A stretch of 12,549 bases of DNA from Elusimicrobiota bacterium. Its GTDB lineage: Bacteria; Elusimicrobiota; Elusimicrobia; UBA1565. How positions within the stretch are numbered: the stretch's first letter is position 1; every line of letters begins with the position of its first letter. Location of the stretch: NCBI GenBank assembly GCA_043819795.1, contig JBDREN010000177.1:1-12549 (forward strand), written 5' to 3'. The notes under the pieces are model-generated. The model ran no database searches. It was not told the DNA's origin and saw only the letters and a list, made by a program, of their open reading frames with translations. Shown here piece after piece: positions 1 to 7,529 of this stretch. Position numbers and translations under genes: made by a program.

Positions 1-345
1 GATAGATTTTTCAGCCTCGATCACGGACAACCCGCCGATTCTCAGGACTCCCACCAAAGGGAAGGATATCGTCCCTTGCTGGCTGACTCGCAGAGTCCGG
101 CTCAGCTCTTTCTCGCGGTAGACGGTGATTTCCAATAGGTCGGCGGGGCTGATCTTGTAGTCCTCGCCCTTATTACGACGGACGGACTGCAGCAACGACG
201 CGATCGCGGCCTCCTCCGCTTCGGCCTGAGCCTCCTGCTGGGGAACAAGCGGCTTCCGGGGCTTGGGCGAACCCGCCCGCGGCGCGAGGGAGCAGCCGGC
301 GGCGAATAATAAAAGCAAGGATAATAAACAAAAATGGGGACGCAT
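1..345 (-). CDS. Polysaccharide export outer-membrane lipoprotein (Wza/OPX family, Poly_export domain); 3' end runs off the window
   Basis: Not in the ORF track. Hand translation from ATG at 345: MRPHFCLLSLLLLFAAGCSLAP...EDYKISPADLLEITVYREKELSRTLRVSQQGTISFPLVGVLRIGGLSVIEAEKSI. It has a lipoprotein signal with lipobox AAG-C and the Y-x-I-x-P-x-D-x-L-x-I-x-V...V-x3-G-x-I-S-F-P-L-V-G...G-L-S pattern of Poly_export. Confidence 0.88.
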   Translation of the reverse strand, partial: MRPHFCLLSLLLLFAAGCSLAPRAGSPKPRKPLVPQQEAQAEAEEAAIASLLQSVRRNKGEDYKISPADLLEITVYREKELSRTLRVSQQGTISFPLVGVLRIGGLSVIEAEKSI

Positions 346-354
346 AGACTTGTT

Positions 355-363
355 ATTATACCA
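355..363 (-). promoter_or_regulatory. Extended -10 promoter (TG-G-TATAAT) for the wza-like gene
   Basis: Minus strand reads TTTGGTATAATAACAAGTCT-ATG: perfect TGnTATAAT 9 nt before the ATG, just downstream of a terminator, with no SD. Confidence 0.65.
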
Positions 364-386
364 AATATAGGGAACCCCTCCGGGAG

Positions 387-421
387 AAAAAAGCCCCTCG
401 GATGCGATCCGAGGGGCTTTT
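387..421 (-). terminator. Rho-independent terminator after the beta-barrel gene (possibly bidirectional)
   Basis: Perfect 11-bp stem GCCCCTCGGAT(393-403)/ATCCGAGGGGC(407-417), flanked by A6 (U6 on minus) and T4; lies about 25 nt after the TAG at 445. Confidence 0.85.
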
Positions 422-444
422 GCGCGGATTTCCGGGCTTGCCGC

Positions 445-1686
445 CTAGAAGGTCACCCGCGCGAATATGCTCGTGATGTGCCGCTCGTGGTTGAACTGGT
501 CGGTGAAGACCGAGTTCCGCTCGCGGTGCTCGTAGGCGAGCCCGAACAGCATCCACTCCTGCATGGCGTAGTCCACCCCCACCTTCTGGGTGTAGGTGTC
601 GTCGCGCCGGTTGGCCGTCATACCGCCGGTCGTGGAGGACTCGGGGTACTTGTCGATTGTCCAGCCGAAGCCGGCCTTCGCAATCAGCTTGTAGGGAAGC
701 TTGTGCTCGGCGTCCAGCGTGATGTTGTTGTTGATGCCGAAGCGGTTGGTCGCGAAGGTGGACTCGTTCAGGGTGCGGCTGTACCCGAACATGACCTTGG
801 TGCGCTCGATCGGGTTGTACGTCAGCTTCGTGGACACGATCCAATTCTGGGTGTAGCCGGTCCGGTTGGCGTTGCTGTCGTCGTAGTCGCGCAGGCTGAT
901 ACCGGTCTGGATCTGGCCCGTCAGCTTCGGGGCGATCTTCCCCTCGATCCCGAAGTTGAAGCCGTCCGACTTACTATTCTTGTTGGTGCCGAAGATGCTG
1001 TAGTGGATGATCTTTCGCGACCACCCTGCGTACACCCGGGTCTTCGGCATGATCCTGTAGCCGCCCCTGAGCCCGAAGGACTGCTCGTAGCGGTTCAGCC
1101 GGGGGCCGAGGGTGACCCCGTCGAGGTATTTGTGGTTCTGGTGGTCGAAGGACGCCCCGGCGAAGAGCTTGCCGCCGCCGGGCGCGTACTCGCCCTCCAG
1201 GCCGACGGTGTTGTGGTAGCGCTGGGAGCGGGTGATGAGCTCCGAGAAGGCCGGGTCCGTGGTGTTGATGTACTTGTTCCAGACCTTTCCCGAGATCCCC
1301 ATCGGGCCCTTGTACATGTAGGCCGCGTCGGCGTTCTGATGGATCGCGTCGTTGCCGACCCCCTGCTTGGTGTAGGTCAGCGCCTGGAATCCGTATCCCA
1401 CCGCGAACTGGTGCATCTTCGTCATGGGATACATGATGTTCAGCCCCAGGCTTGAGTCCGTGATCCAGGATCCACGGACGCCGCCGCCCGTGCGCACGCC
1501 GTTCGGCTTGTCCCGCGGGACCAGGTAGATGTTCGAGTCGTAGCTTTCCTTTACCCCGGCGTAGGGGTGGAACTCGATCTTCCCGATCTTGATATTCGGC
1601 TTCTTCATCTGAAGCATCCCCCCCGCCGATACGGACTGAGGGACGAGCAGGGCGATTGCCAGCAGCGCGACTGTCATGCGTACCAT
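445..1686 (-). CDS. Outer-membrane beta-barrel protein, likely polysaccharide-export-associated (BBP2/EpsL/VpsM-like), 413 aa
   Basis: Start moved to ATG 1686 (AGGAG RBS upstream). Sec signal MVRMTVALLAIALLVPQSVSA, the N-terminal motif 'IEFHPYAGVKESYDSNIY' typical of BBP2-type barrels, alternating aromatic beta-strands, C-terminal Phe (ARVTF), and adjacency to a Wza-like gene. Confidence 0.8.
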   Translation of the reverse strand: MVRMTVALLAIALLVPQSVSAGGMLQMKKPNIKIGKIEFHPYAGVKESYDSNIYLVPRDKPNGVRTGGGVRGSWITDSSLGLNIMYPMTKMHQFAVGYGFQALTYTKQGVGNDAIHQNADAAYMYKGPMGISGKVWNKYINTTDPAFSELITRSQRYHNTVGLEGEYAPGGGKLFAGASFDHQNHKYLDGVTLGPRLNRYEQSFGLRGGYRIMPKTRVYAGWSRKIIHYSIFGTNKNSKSDGFNFGIEGKIAPKLTGQIQTGISLRDYDDSNANRTGYTQNWIVSTKLTYNPIERTKVMFGYSRTLNESTFATNRFGINNNITLDAEHKLPYKLIAKAGFGWTIDKYPESSTTGGMTANRRDDTYTQKVGVDYAMQEWMLFGLAYEHRERNSVFTDQFNHERHITSIFARVTF

Positions 1687-1741
1687 GGGCTGTGTCTCCT
1701 TGGGTGTCACTGTATTGATTGGGTATTCCTTATAATAGTCG

Positions 1742-2500
1742 TTACGGGCTCGACGGGGAGACCTCGGTCTCCGTGATCTCGACATCCTGCGCCGGGTTGG
1801 TCGGAGCCTCGGGAGCGGGCGCCTCCGCCTCGGACTCGAACGCCGGCTCCTCGGCCGCGGGTTCCTCAGCCGAGGGCTCATCGGCGGACGGCTCTTCCGC
1901 GGGCGGAGCCGTGACCGGCGGCTTGGCCTGGGCCTTCGGCGGCGCGGGCGCCGCGGCCAGCTCCGTGACCGGGACGTCGACGTCGGCGGTCTCGCCCGCG
2001 ACCATGCTCCGGGCTTGGCCTTCTTGGGTCACCGTCACCTGCCCGGCCACGACCTTGAGCCTGCCCTTGCCGATTCCACGGCCCTTCACGGCGATGGCGT
2101 TGCCGCTATTGACCACGGCCTCGGCCTTGCCCGCGGTGACCTGCAGGGAGGTCGTCGCGCCGGTCGCCGCGATCTGGACGCCGTCGGGCCCCGAATCGAA
2201 GGTGAAGCTGTCGCCCTTGGCGGCGGTGACCACCGTCCCCTCGGACTCGAACACCGCCTCTCCCGAGACGACGACGATCTCGGCCCCCTCGGGGATCTCA
2301 GGGACCGGCGCTCCGGGGACCACTCCGATGATGGAGCCGTCCTCCAGCTTGATCTGGACCTGGCCCGTGAAGCTGACGATCTGCATCTTGGCGCCGGGCC
2401 TCCCGGAATCCTCGGCGGGCGGGGCGCCCTGCGCCAAGGCCATGGCCGTCAGGCCGACCATGAGCATGATGACGGCTGCGGCTGCGGTCCACTTCCTCAT
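1742..2500 (-). CDS. Secreted hypothetical protein, 252 aa: beta-rich (FecR-like?) domain plus Pro/Ala/Glu-rich tail
   Basis: ATG 2500 with AGGAG RBS; signal peptide MRKWTAAAAVIMLMVGLTAMALA; G/V/T-rich beta-strand patterns (SFTGQVQIK, LKVVAGQVTV); low-complexity tail with four 15-bp (xAEEP-type) repeats at 1845-1904, ending EVSPSSP. The FecR-like call is weak. Confidence 0.75.
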   Translation of the reverse strand: MRKWTAAAAVIMLMVGLTAMALAQGAPPAEDSGRPGAKMQIVSFTGQVQIKLEDGSIIGVVPGAPVPEIPEGAEIVVVSGEAVFESEGTVVTAAKGDSFTFDSGPDGVQIAATGATTSLQVTAGKAEAVVNSGNAIAVKGRGIGKGRLKVVAGQVTVTQEGQARSMVAGETADVDVPVTELAAAPAPPKAQAKPPVTAPPAEEPSADEPSAEEPAAEEPAFESEAEAPAPEAPTNPAQDVEITETEVSPSSP

Positions 2501-2559
2501 CGGCGTTCTCCTAGTAAACCTACGAAACTCTGTGTCATCCGAAGCATCGAAGTCGCAGG

Positions 2560-2588
2560 ATTCTAACACAAAGCCCGTAGGCTGTCAA
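2560..2588 (-). promoter_or_regulatory. Sigma70-type promoter P1 for the minus-strand export cluster
   Basis: TTGACA(2588-2583)-17 nt-TAGAAT(2565-2560) with a TG extension, about 60 nt upstream of ATG 2500. Confidence 0.75.
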
Positions 2589-2637
2589 CAGCTTATTGTT
2601 TTACCATCCAGTGCCGTTTACCGGCCTTGGACGCATG

Positions 2638-2668
2638 ATTATATACACCCGGCATGGGAGCTTGTCAA
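2638..2668 (-). promoter_or_regulatory. Second sigma70-type promoter P2 (perfect hexamers, 19-nt spacer)
   Basis: TTGACA(2668-2663)-19 nt-TATAAT(2643-2638). Confidence 0.6.
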
Positions 2669-2877
2669 TAGGAAATTTGGGGACCGCCGGCCTCATTTAG
2701 GCTCCGTCGGAGTAAGGCCAAGCCGCTGGGTCCGGAGCGGAGTGGCCGTCATCAACGGCATCTCCCCGCTTCGCTGATCCCGGGACAGTGTCCCGGCGCG
2801 GCTTCACCCCGGCAACCGCAAAATCCCCTAATGCGGGGTTCCGGCACGGTGGTCATTGCATCGATCATCATGTCGAG

Positions 2878-2982
2878 CTAGGCGGCTGTCGCCGTCAAAC
2901 CGATGGCCTCGGCGTACTGCAGGTACGTCTCGACCGAGGCCGCGACCAGGTCGGACGATCCGATCGCCTTCTCTACCGCCAT
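2878..2982 (-). pseudogene. gvpA: Internally deleted gas vesicle structural protein GvpA ('mini-GvpA', 34 aa; intact RBS, start, frame and stop, so either a pseudogene or a small protein)
   Basis: AGGAGG (2996-2991), 8 nt, then ATG: MAVEKAIGSSDLVAASVETYLQYAEAIGLTATAA*. The N-terminus MAVEKxxxSS-L and the C-terminus ASVETYLxYAEAIGL match GvpA; the core (EVIDRILDKG...LVGIELL.IEAR) is absent. Confidence 0.85.
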
Positions 2983-3018
2983 ATTGCTCGCCTCCTGGAT
3001 TCACTCCCTGCATGGATT

Positions 3019-3063
3019 AGGATACGCTGAATGGCCGCGGTCTGGAATAACCTTTAGGGGTTA
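3019..3063 (-). promoter_or_regulatory. Candidate gvpA promoter with an adjacent palindromic operator
   Basis: TTCCAG(3047-3042)-17 nt-TATCCT(3024-3019); the inverted repeat TAACC-N6-GGTTA (3048-3063) abuts the -35. Confidence 0.35.
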
Positions 3064-3116
3064 GCCTTAATCGGGTCAGCAGAATACCCTTATGGATGGC
3101 TTTGTCATGGGGTAGT

Positions 3117-3264
3117 GAGCAACGGGGCGACGGGTGGCCCAGGTCCGGACGGCGGGGCTTGCCGGAGGGCCGCCTACGCATGCAGCGGCCCGAGGCCAGA
3201 GCGGCGCCCTCTAGGCGACCGCGTCCCCGCCGGCCGGGCCTGGGTCAGGCCCCATCGCCCGCTC
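3117..3264 (+). other. Strongly self-complementary ~150-nt element (candidate ncRNA or palindromic repeat)
   Basis: Arm 3125-3157 (GGGCGACGGGTGGCCCAGGTCCGGACGGCGGGG) pairs with 3225-3260 (CCCCGCCGGCCGGGCCTGGGTCAGGCCCCATCGCCC), with G-U pairs on the + strand. It encloses hairpins GGGCCGC/GCGGCCC (3167-3191) and AGAG/CTCT (3198-3212). Confidence 0.45.
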
Positions 3265-3323
3265 TTTGCCGCCTGCCTGATCTTTTGGCGAGCGGGCATG
3301 GACGAATCCCGCCTCGGTTATTT

Positions 3324-3332
3324 TGCTATACT
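3324..3332 (+). promoter_or_regulatory. Extended -10 promoter of the rpsB-tsf operon
   Basis: TG-C-TATACT about 155 nt upstream of rpsB; extended -10 promoters are typical of rpsB. Confidence 0.65.
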
Positions 3333-3338
3333 CATTGC

Positions 3339-3487
3339 ATCCTGGCGGGACCGCAAGACCGCCGGGTCCCCGCCGTACTCTCAGCGAGGCGCGAGTCCCT
3401 GGCACGAGACGCGATGGACGGGCGGTCGTTTCTTGCGGTTTGTCCGTTAAACATGAAGGCGGCACCCTAGGAGGTCGGTCGAGGAAC
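3339..3487 (+). promoter_or_regulatory. rpsB 5' leader (S2 autoregulatory / t44-like cis-element)
   Basis: Long stem ACCGCAAGA(3350-3358)/TCTTGCGGT(3431-3439) and GACCGCC/GGCGGTC(3421-3427); GGGT (3364-3367) can pseudoknot with ACCC (3464-3467) in GAAGGCGGCACCC, as in known S2 leaders. Confidence 0.6.
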
Positions 3488-4507
3488 ATGATCAACATCT
3501 CAATGAAGGCGATGCTGGAAGCGGGCGTGCACTTCGGGCACCAGACCCGCCGCTGGAACCCGAAGATGGGACGGTTCATCTTCGGCGAGCGCAACAACAT
3601 CCATATCATAGACCTGCAGAAGACGGTCAAGGAGCTCAAGAAGACCTACGCGTGGGTCAAGGAGCAGGCGGCCGAAGGCAAGGGGTTTTTGCTCGTGGGC
3701 ACCAAGAAGCGGGCCCAGGAGGTCGTCCGCGCCGAGGCGGAGCGAATCGGCGCCCCCTACGTCTCCGAGAAGTGGCTGGGCGGCATGCTCACCAACTTCG
3801 CGACCATCCGGAAGTCGGTCAGCCGCCTCGACGAGCTCGAGGGATGGGAGCGCGACGGGGTCTTCCGGGTCCTCGCCAAGAAGGAGGTTTCGCGCCTTAA
3901 TAAGGAGATGGCCCGCCTGCGGCGGGTGCTCACCGGCATCCGCGAGATGACGAAGCTGCCCGGCGTCTTGTTCATCATCGACCCGGTGGAAGAGGACATG
4001 GCCGTGGCCGAGGCCCGCAAGCTCGGGATCCCGATCGTCGCGATCTGCGACACCAACTGCGACCCGGACCTCATCGACCACCCCATACCGGGCAACGACG
4101 ACGCGGCCCGCGCCATCAAGCTCTTCTGCGGCGTGATCGCCGACGCGATCGCCGAAGGCGCCGCCGAAAAGGATGCCAAGCAGTCCGCCGAGACTCTTGA
4201 AAGCGCGGAGCAGACCATGGCGGCCGCCGCCGAGGTCGAGCTCGCGCAGCCGGCCCAGGAAGCGATCGCCGCTCAAGCCGAGGCCCCCGCCGCGGAGGCC
4301 CCGCCCCCGCAGCCAGCCGAGCAGCCGGCCCTTCCTAAGGAAGAGGCCACCGAGCAGATGATCGCGGGCGAGGTCGCCCATGCGGACACCTCCGAGGCGG
4401 CGCCTGTCGAGGACCAGGACGACCACCGCAAGCCCGCGCCCCGAGGCGACGACGCCGCCGAGGCGGAAGCGCGGACCGAGAACGCCGAGGCCGGGACCGC
4501 CGGCTGA
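3488..4507 (+). CDS. rpsB: 30S ribosomal protein S2 (339 aa, long acidic C-terminal extension)
   Basis: [28 protein letters not shown] and DTNCDPD...IPGNDDA motifs; start ATG 3488 with GAGG RBS. Confidence 0.99.
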   Translation: MINISMKAMLEAGVHFGHQTRRWNPKMGRFIFGERNNIHIIDLQKTVKELKKTYAWVKEQAAEGKGFLLVGTKKRAQEVVRAEAERIGAPYVSEKWLGGMLTNFATIRKSVSRLDELEGWERDGVFRVLAKKEVSRLNKEMARLRRVLTGIREMTKLPGVLFIIDPVEEDMAVAEARKLGIPIVAICDTNCDPDLIDHPIPGNDDAARAIKLFCGVIADAIAEGAAEKDAKQSAETLESAEQTMAAAAEVELAQPAQEAIAAQAEAPAAEAPPPQPAEQPALPKEEATEQMIAGEVAHADTSEAAPVEDQDDHRKPAPRGDDAAEAEARTENAEAGTAG

Positions 4508-4571
4508 GCCCGGCCGGCGCCCGCGCGGCGCGCTATAGCCGCGACGACCAAGCTCCAGGAGACCTAAGACC

Positions 4572-5432
4572 ATGACGACAGACACAGCATCCCTTCCGGA
4601 ACAGATCAAGAAGCTTCGCGAGAATACCGGCGCCGGCATGATGGACTGCAAGAAGGCGCTCACCGAGGCGGGCGGCGACTTCGAGAAGGCCGTCACCGCC
4701 CTGCGCATGAAGGGCCTGTCCGACGCCGCCAAGAAGTCGGCCCGCACGACCAAGGAGGGCCTGGTGGCGGCCTATCTGGCCCAGGACGGCAAGACCGGCG
4801 GCATCGTGGAGCTCAACTGCGAGACGGATTTCGTCGCCAAGACCGAGGAGTTCCAGAAGCTCGCGGTTGACCTGGCGCGCCGCGCGGCCGAGGGCGCGCT
4901 GGCCTCCCCCGCGGACGCCGGCGAGGCGGTCAAGGGCCTCGTCGCCAAGCTCGGCGAGAACATGAGCCTCAAGCGCTTCGATCGCTTCGAGCTGTCCGGC
5001 CCCGGCCGGCTGGCCTTCTACGTGCACACCGCGGGCGGCAAGAAGGGCGCCATGGTCGAGCTCTCCTGCGGGTCCGACGAGGCCGCCGGCCACGAGGCCG
5101 TGTCGGAGCTCGCGCGCGAGCTCGGCATGCAGATCGTCGCGATGAGCCCGCGCTGGGTCCGCAAGGAGGACGTCCCCGCCGCGGAGGTGGACAAGGAGCG
5201 CGAGATCTTCGAGACCCAGGTGCGCAAGGAGGGCAAGCCCGAGGCCGCGGTGCCCAAGATCGTCGAGGGGAAGCTCAGGAAGCTCTTCTATCAGGCCTTC
5301 TGCCTCGGCGAGCAGATGTCCATGCGGGACAACAAGACCCCGCTCCGGAAGATCGTCGAGGACGCGGCCAAGGCGTCCGGCGGCGCGATCGAGATCGCCC
5401 GCTTCGTCCGGTACCAGCTCGGCGGCGAGTGA
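4572..5432 (+). CDS. tsf: Elongation factor Ts
   Basis: [19 protein letters not shown] and [11 protein letters not shown] motifs; follows rpsB. Confidence 0.99.
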   Translation: MTTDTASLPEQIKKLRENTGAGMMDCKKALTEAGGDFEKAVTALRMKGLSDAAKKSARTTKEGLVAAYLAQDGKTGGIVELNCETDFVAKTEEFQKLAVDLARRAAEGALASPADAGEAVKGLVAKLGENMSLKRFDRFELSGPGRLAFYVHTAGGKKGAMVELSCGSDEAAGHEAVSELARELGMQIVAMSPRWVRKEDVPAAEVDKEREIFETQVRKEGKPEAAVPKIVEGKLRKLFYQAFCLGEQMSMRDNKTPLRKIVEDAAKASGGAIEIARFVRYQLGGE

Positions 5433-5433
5433 C

Positions 5434-6147
5434 TTGAAGAAAGGCTCCAGGCGGGTTCTGGTCAAGCTGTCCGGCGAGGCCCTCTCGGGCAGCGCGCGCC
5501 ACGGCATCGACTCCGAGGCGCTCACCTACATCTGCTCCGAGATCAAGAAGTCCCACCTCAAGAAGGCGCAGATCGCCATCGTCATCGGCGGCGGCAATAT
5601 CTGGCGCGGGGCCCAGGACCGGGGCAGCGCCATCGACCGCGTCACGGCCGACTACATGGGGATGCTGGCGACGATCATCAACGCCCTGGCGCTGCAGGAC
5701 TCGCTCGAGAGCATGGGGGTCCCGACGCGGGTGCAGACGGCCATCGAGATCCCGAAGCTCTCGGAGCCCTACATCCGCCGCCGCGCGATCCGGCACCTCG
5801 AGAAGGGCCGGGTCGTCATCTTCGCGGCCGGCACCGGCAACCCGTACTTCTCGACCGACACGGCCGGCGCCCTGCGGGCCGTGGAGATCGAGGCCGACGC
5901 GGTGCTCAAGGCGACGAAAGTGGACGGGGTATACACCGACGACCCGCACCGCAACCACAAAGCGAGGCTTCTCAAGAACCTGACGTTCATGGAGGCGATC
6001 CGCCGGCGGCTGCGCGTGATGGACGCCACGGCCCTCACGCTCTGCATGGAGAACCGCATGCCGATCGTCGTATTCAACCTGGCGACCCGCGGCAACATCG
6101 CGAAGGCCGTCCGGGGCGTCCGGGTGGGAACCCTCATAGAGGAATAA
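5434..6147 (+). CDS. pyrH: UMP kinase
   Basis: [28 protein letters not shown] and [11 protein letters not shown] motifs; TTG start 1 nt after the tsf stop. Confidence 0.98.
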   Translation: MKKGSRRVLVKLSGEALSGSARHGIDSEALTYICSEIKKSHLKKAQIAIVIGGGNIWRGAQDRGSAIDRVTADYMGMLATIINALALQDSLESMGVPTRVQTAIEIPKLSEPYIRRRAIRHLEKGRVVIFAAGTGNPYFSTDTAGALRAVEIEADAVLKATKVDGVYTDDPHRNHKARLLKNLTFMEAIRRRLRVMDATALTLCMENRMPIVVFNLATRGNIAKAVRGVRVGTLIEE

Positions 6148-6159
6148 CGGAGACTCGAC

Positions 6160-6711
6160 ATGGACGAAAAGGCCACAGCCGAAGCAGGCATGAAGGAACG
6201 TATCGCGAAGCTCAAGGCGGATCTCGGCGGCGTGCGCACCGGCCGGGCCAACCCGCTGCTTCTCGAAGGGATCAAGGTCGACTACTACGGCCAGCCGGCC
6301 CCCATCAAGCAGGTGGCGGCGATCTCGGTCCCCGATGGCCGGACCCTGGAGATCCGCCCTTGGGACCCGACGGTCATCGCGGCCCTGGAGAAGGCCATCC
6401 AGGATTCCGACATCGGCGTCCGCCCGCAGAACGACGGCAAGGTCATCCGCCTCAGCTTCCCGACGATGACCGAGGAGCGCCGCAAAGAGGTCGGTAAGCT
6501 CGTCGGCAAGATCGGCGAGGAGTACCGCGTCTCGATCAGGGGCGACCGCCGCGTCGCGATGGAATCCATCAAGAAGCGGGCGAAGGAGGAGAAGCTCCCC
6601 GAGGACCAGCGCAAGGCCTTCGAGGGGGCGATCCAGAAGCTGACCGACGCATACATCGAGCAGGTCGACAAGACCGTCGCGGAGAAGCAGGAGGAGGTCG
6701 CCTCGATCTGA
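6160..6711 (+). CDS. frr: Ribosome recycling factor
   Basis: VRTGRANP, IKVDYYG and NDGKVIRL...TEERRKE motifs; synteny. Confidence 0.98.
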   Translation: MDEKATAEAGMKERIAKLKADLGGVRTGRANPLLLEGIKVDYYGQPAPIKQVAAISVPDGRTLEIRPWDPTVIAALEKAIQDSDIGVRPQNDGKVIRLSFPTMTEERRKEVGKLVGKIGEEYRVSIRGDRRVAMESIKKRAKEEKLPEDQRKAFEGAIQKLTDAYIEQVDKTVAEKQEEVASI

Positions 6712-6767
6712 AGCGGCCGGCGCGCCGCTGCCGCGCGCTCAGGACGCAGCCTCCATGAGAGGGTACC

Positions 6768-7529
6768 GTGCCGCCGCATAGGAGCCCCGAAAGGGGCTCG
6801 AAGAGGCCGTCCGCGTCCCGCGCGGACCGGGAGCCCGTTGTCTCCCCCAAGGCCATCCCCCGGCATATCGCCATCATCATGGACGGCAACGGCCGCTGGG
6901 CCGAGTCCCGGCGGCTGCCGCGCGTCGCCGGGCACAAGGCCGGGGTGGAGGCGGTGCGCGCGACCGTGCGCGCCTGCGGCGAGCTCGGCGTGTCGGTGCT
7001 GACGCTCTACTCCTTCTCGACCGAGAACTGGCTGCGGCCCAAGGAGGAGGTCTCGGAGCTGATGAGCCTGCTCGCCTGGGCCCTCCGGCGCGAGACGGCC
7101 GACCTCGACAAGAACAACGTGCGCCTGATGGCCTCCGGGCGGGTCGACGGCCTGCCGGCCACCGTGCGCCGCGAGCTCAGCCGGTCCATCACCAAGCTGC
7201 AGAAGAACACGGGGCTCATCCTCAACCTGGCGATCAACTACGGGGCGCGCTCCGAGATCGTGGACGCGGTCAACAGCCTCATCCGCGACGGGGTCCGCAC
7301 GATCTCCGAGGAGGAGATCTCGGGCCGGCTCTACACCGCGGGCCTGCCCGACCCGGACCTCATGATCCGGACCTCGGGCGAGATCCGGATCTCCAACTTC
7401 CTGCTCTGGCAGTCGGCCTACGCCGAGTTCTACTCGACGCCGGTCTACTGGCCCGAGTTCCGGAAACCCGACCTGCTGGAGGCCATCGCCGACTACCAGC
7501 GCCGCGAGCGCCGCTTCGGAGGGCTTTGA
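6768..7529 (+). CDS. uppS: Undecaprenyl/isoprenyl diphosphate synthase (cis-prenyltransferase)
   Basis: PRHIAIIMDGNGRWA, FSTENWLRP, RTSGEIRISNFLLWQSAY and RERRFGG motifs; the GTG start is uncertain. Confidence 0.97.
   Translation: MPPHRSPERGSKRPSASRADREPVVSPKAIPRHIAIIMDGNGRWAESRRLPRVAGHKAGVEAVRATVRACGELGVSVLTLYSFSTENWLRPKEEVSELMSLLAWALRRETADLDKNNVRLMASGRVDGLPATVRRELSRSITKLQKNTGLILNLAINYGARSEIVDAVNSLIRDGVRTISEEEISGRLYTAGLPDPDLMIRTSGEIRISNFLLWQSAYAEFYSTPVYWPEFRKPDLLEAIADYQRRERRFGGL

Noticed and set aside
2693..2752. Small minus-strand ORF MTATPLRTQRLGLTPTEPK downstream of mini-gvpA, with a GGGGAG upstream
   Set aside because: Too short, and I cannot match it to any gvp protein.
334..2777. Long plus-strand ORFs (334-1455, 1719-2777, 2015-2566) and the 1881/2569 start extensions of the minus-strand genes
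   Set aside because: Antisense shadows of GC-rich genes; the real starts at 1686 and 2500 have RBSs and signal peptides.
3138..3158. CAGGTCCGGACGG resembles the SRP RNA core
   Set aside because: It lacks the GGAA-GGAAGCAG continuation, and the segment pairs in a different long stem.
2788..3470. Track ORFs 2788-3030, 2828-3013, 3096-3470, 3115-3450 and the 3323 rpsB start
   Set aside because: They overlap mini-gvpA, the promoter or the S2 leader, and lack an RBS or recognisable content.
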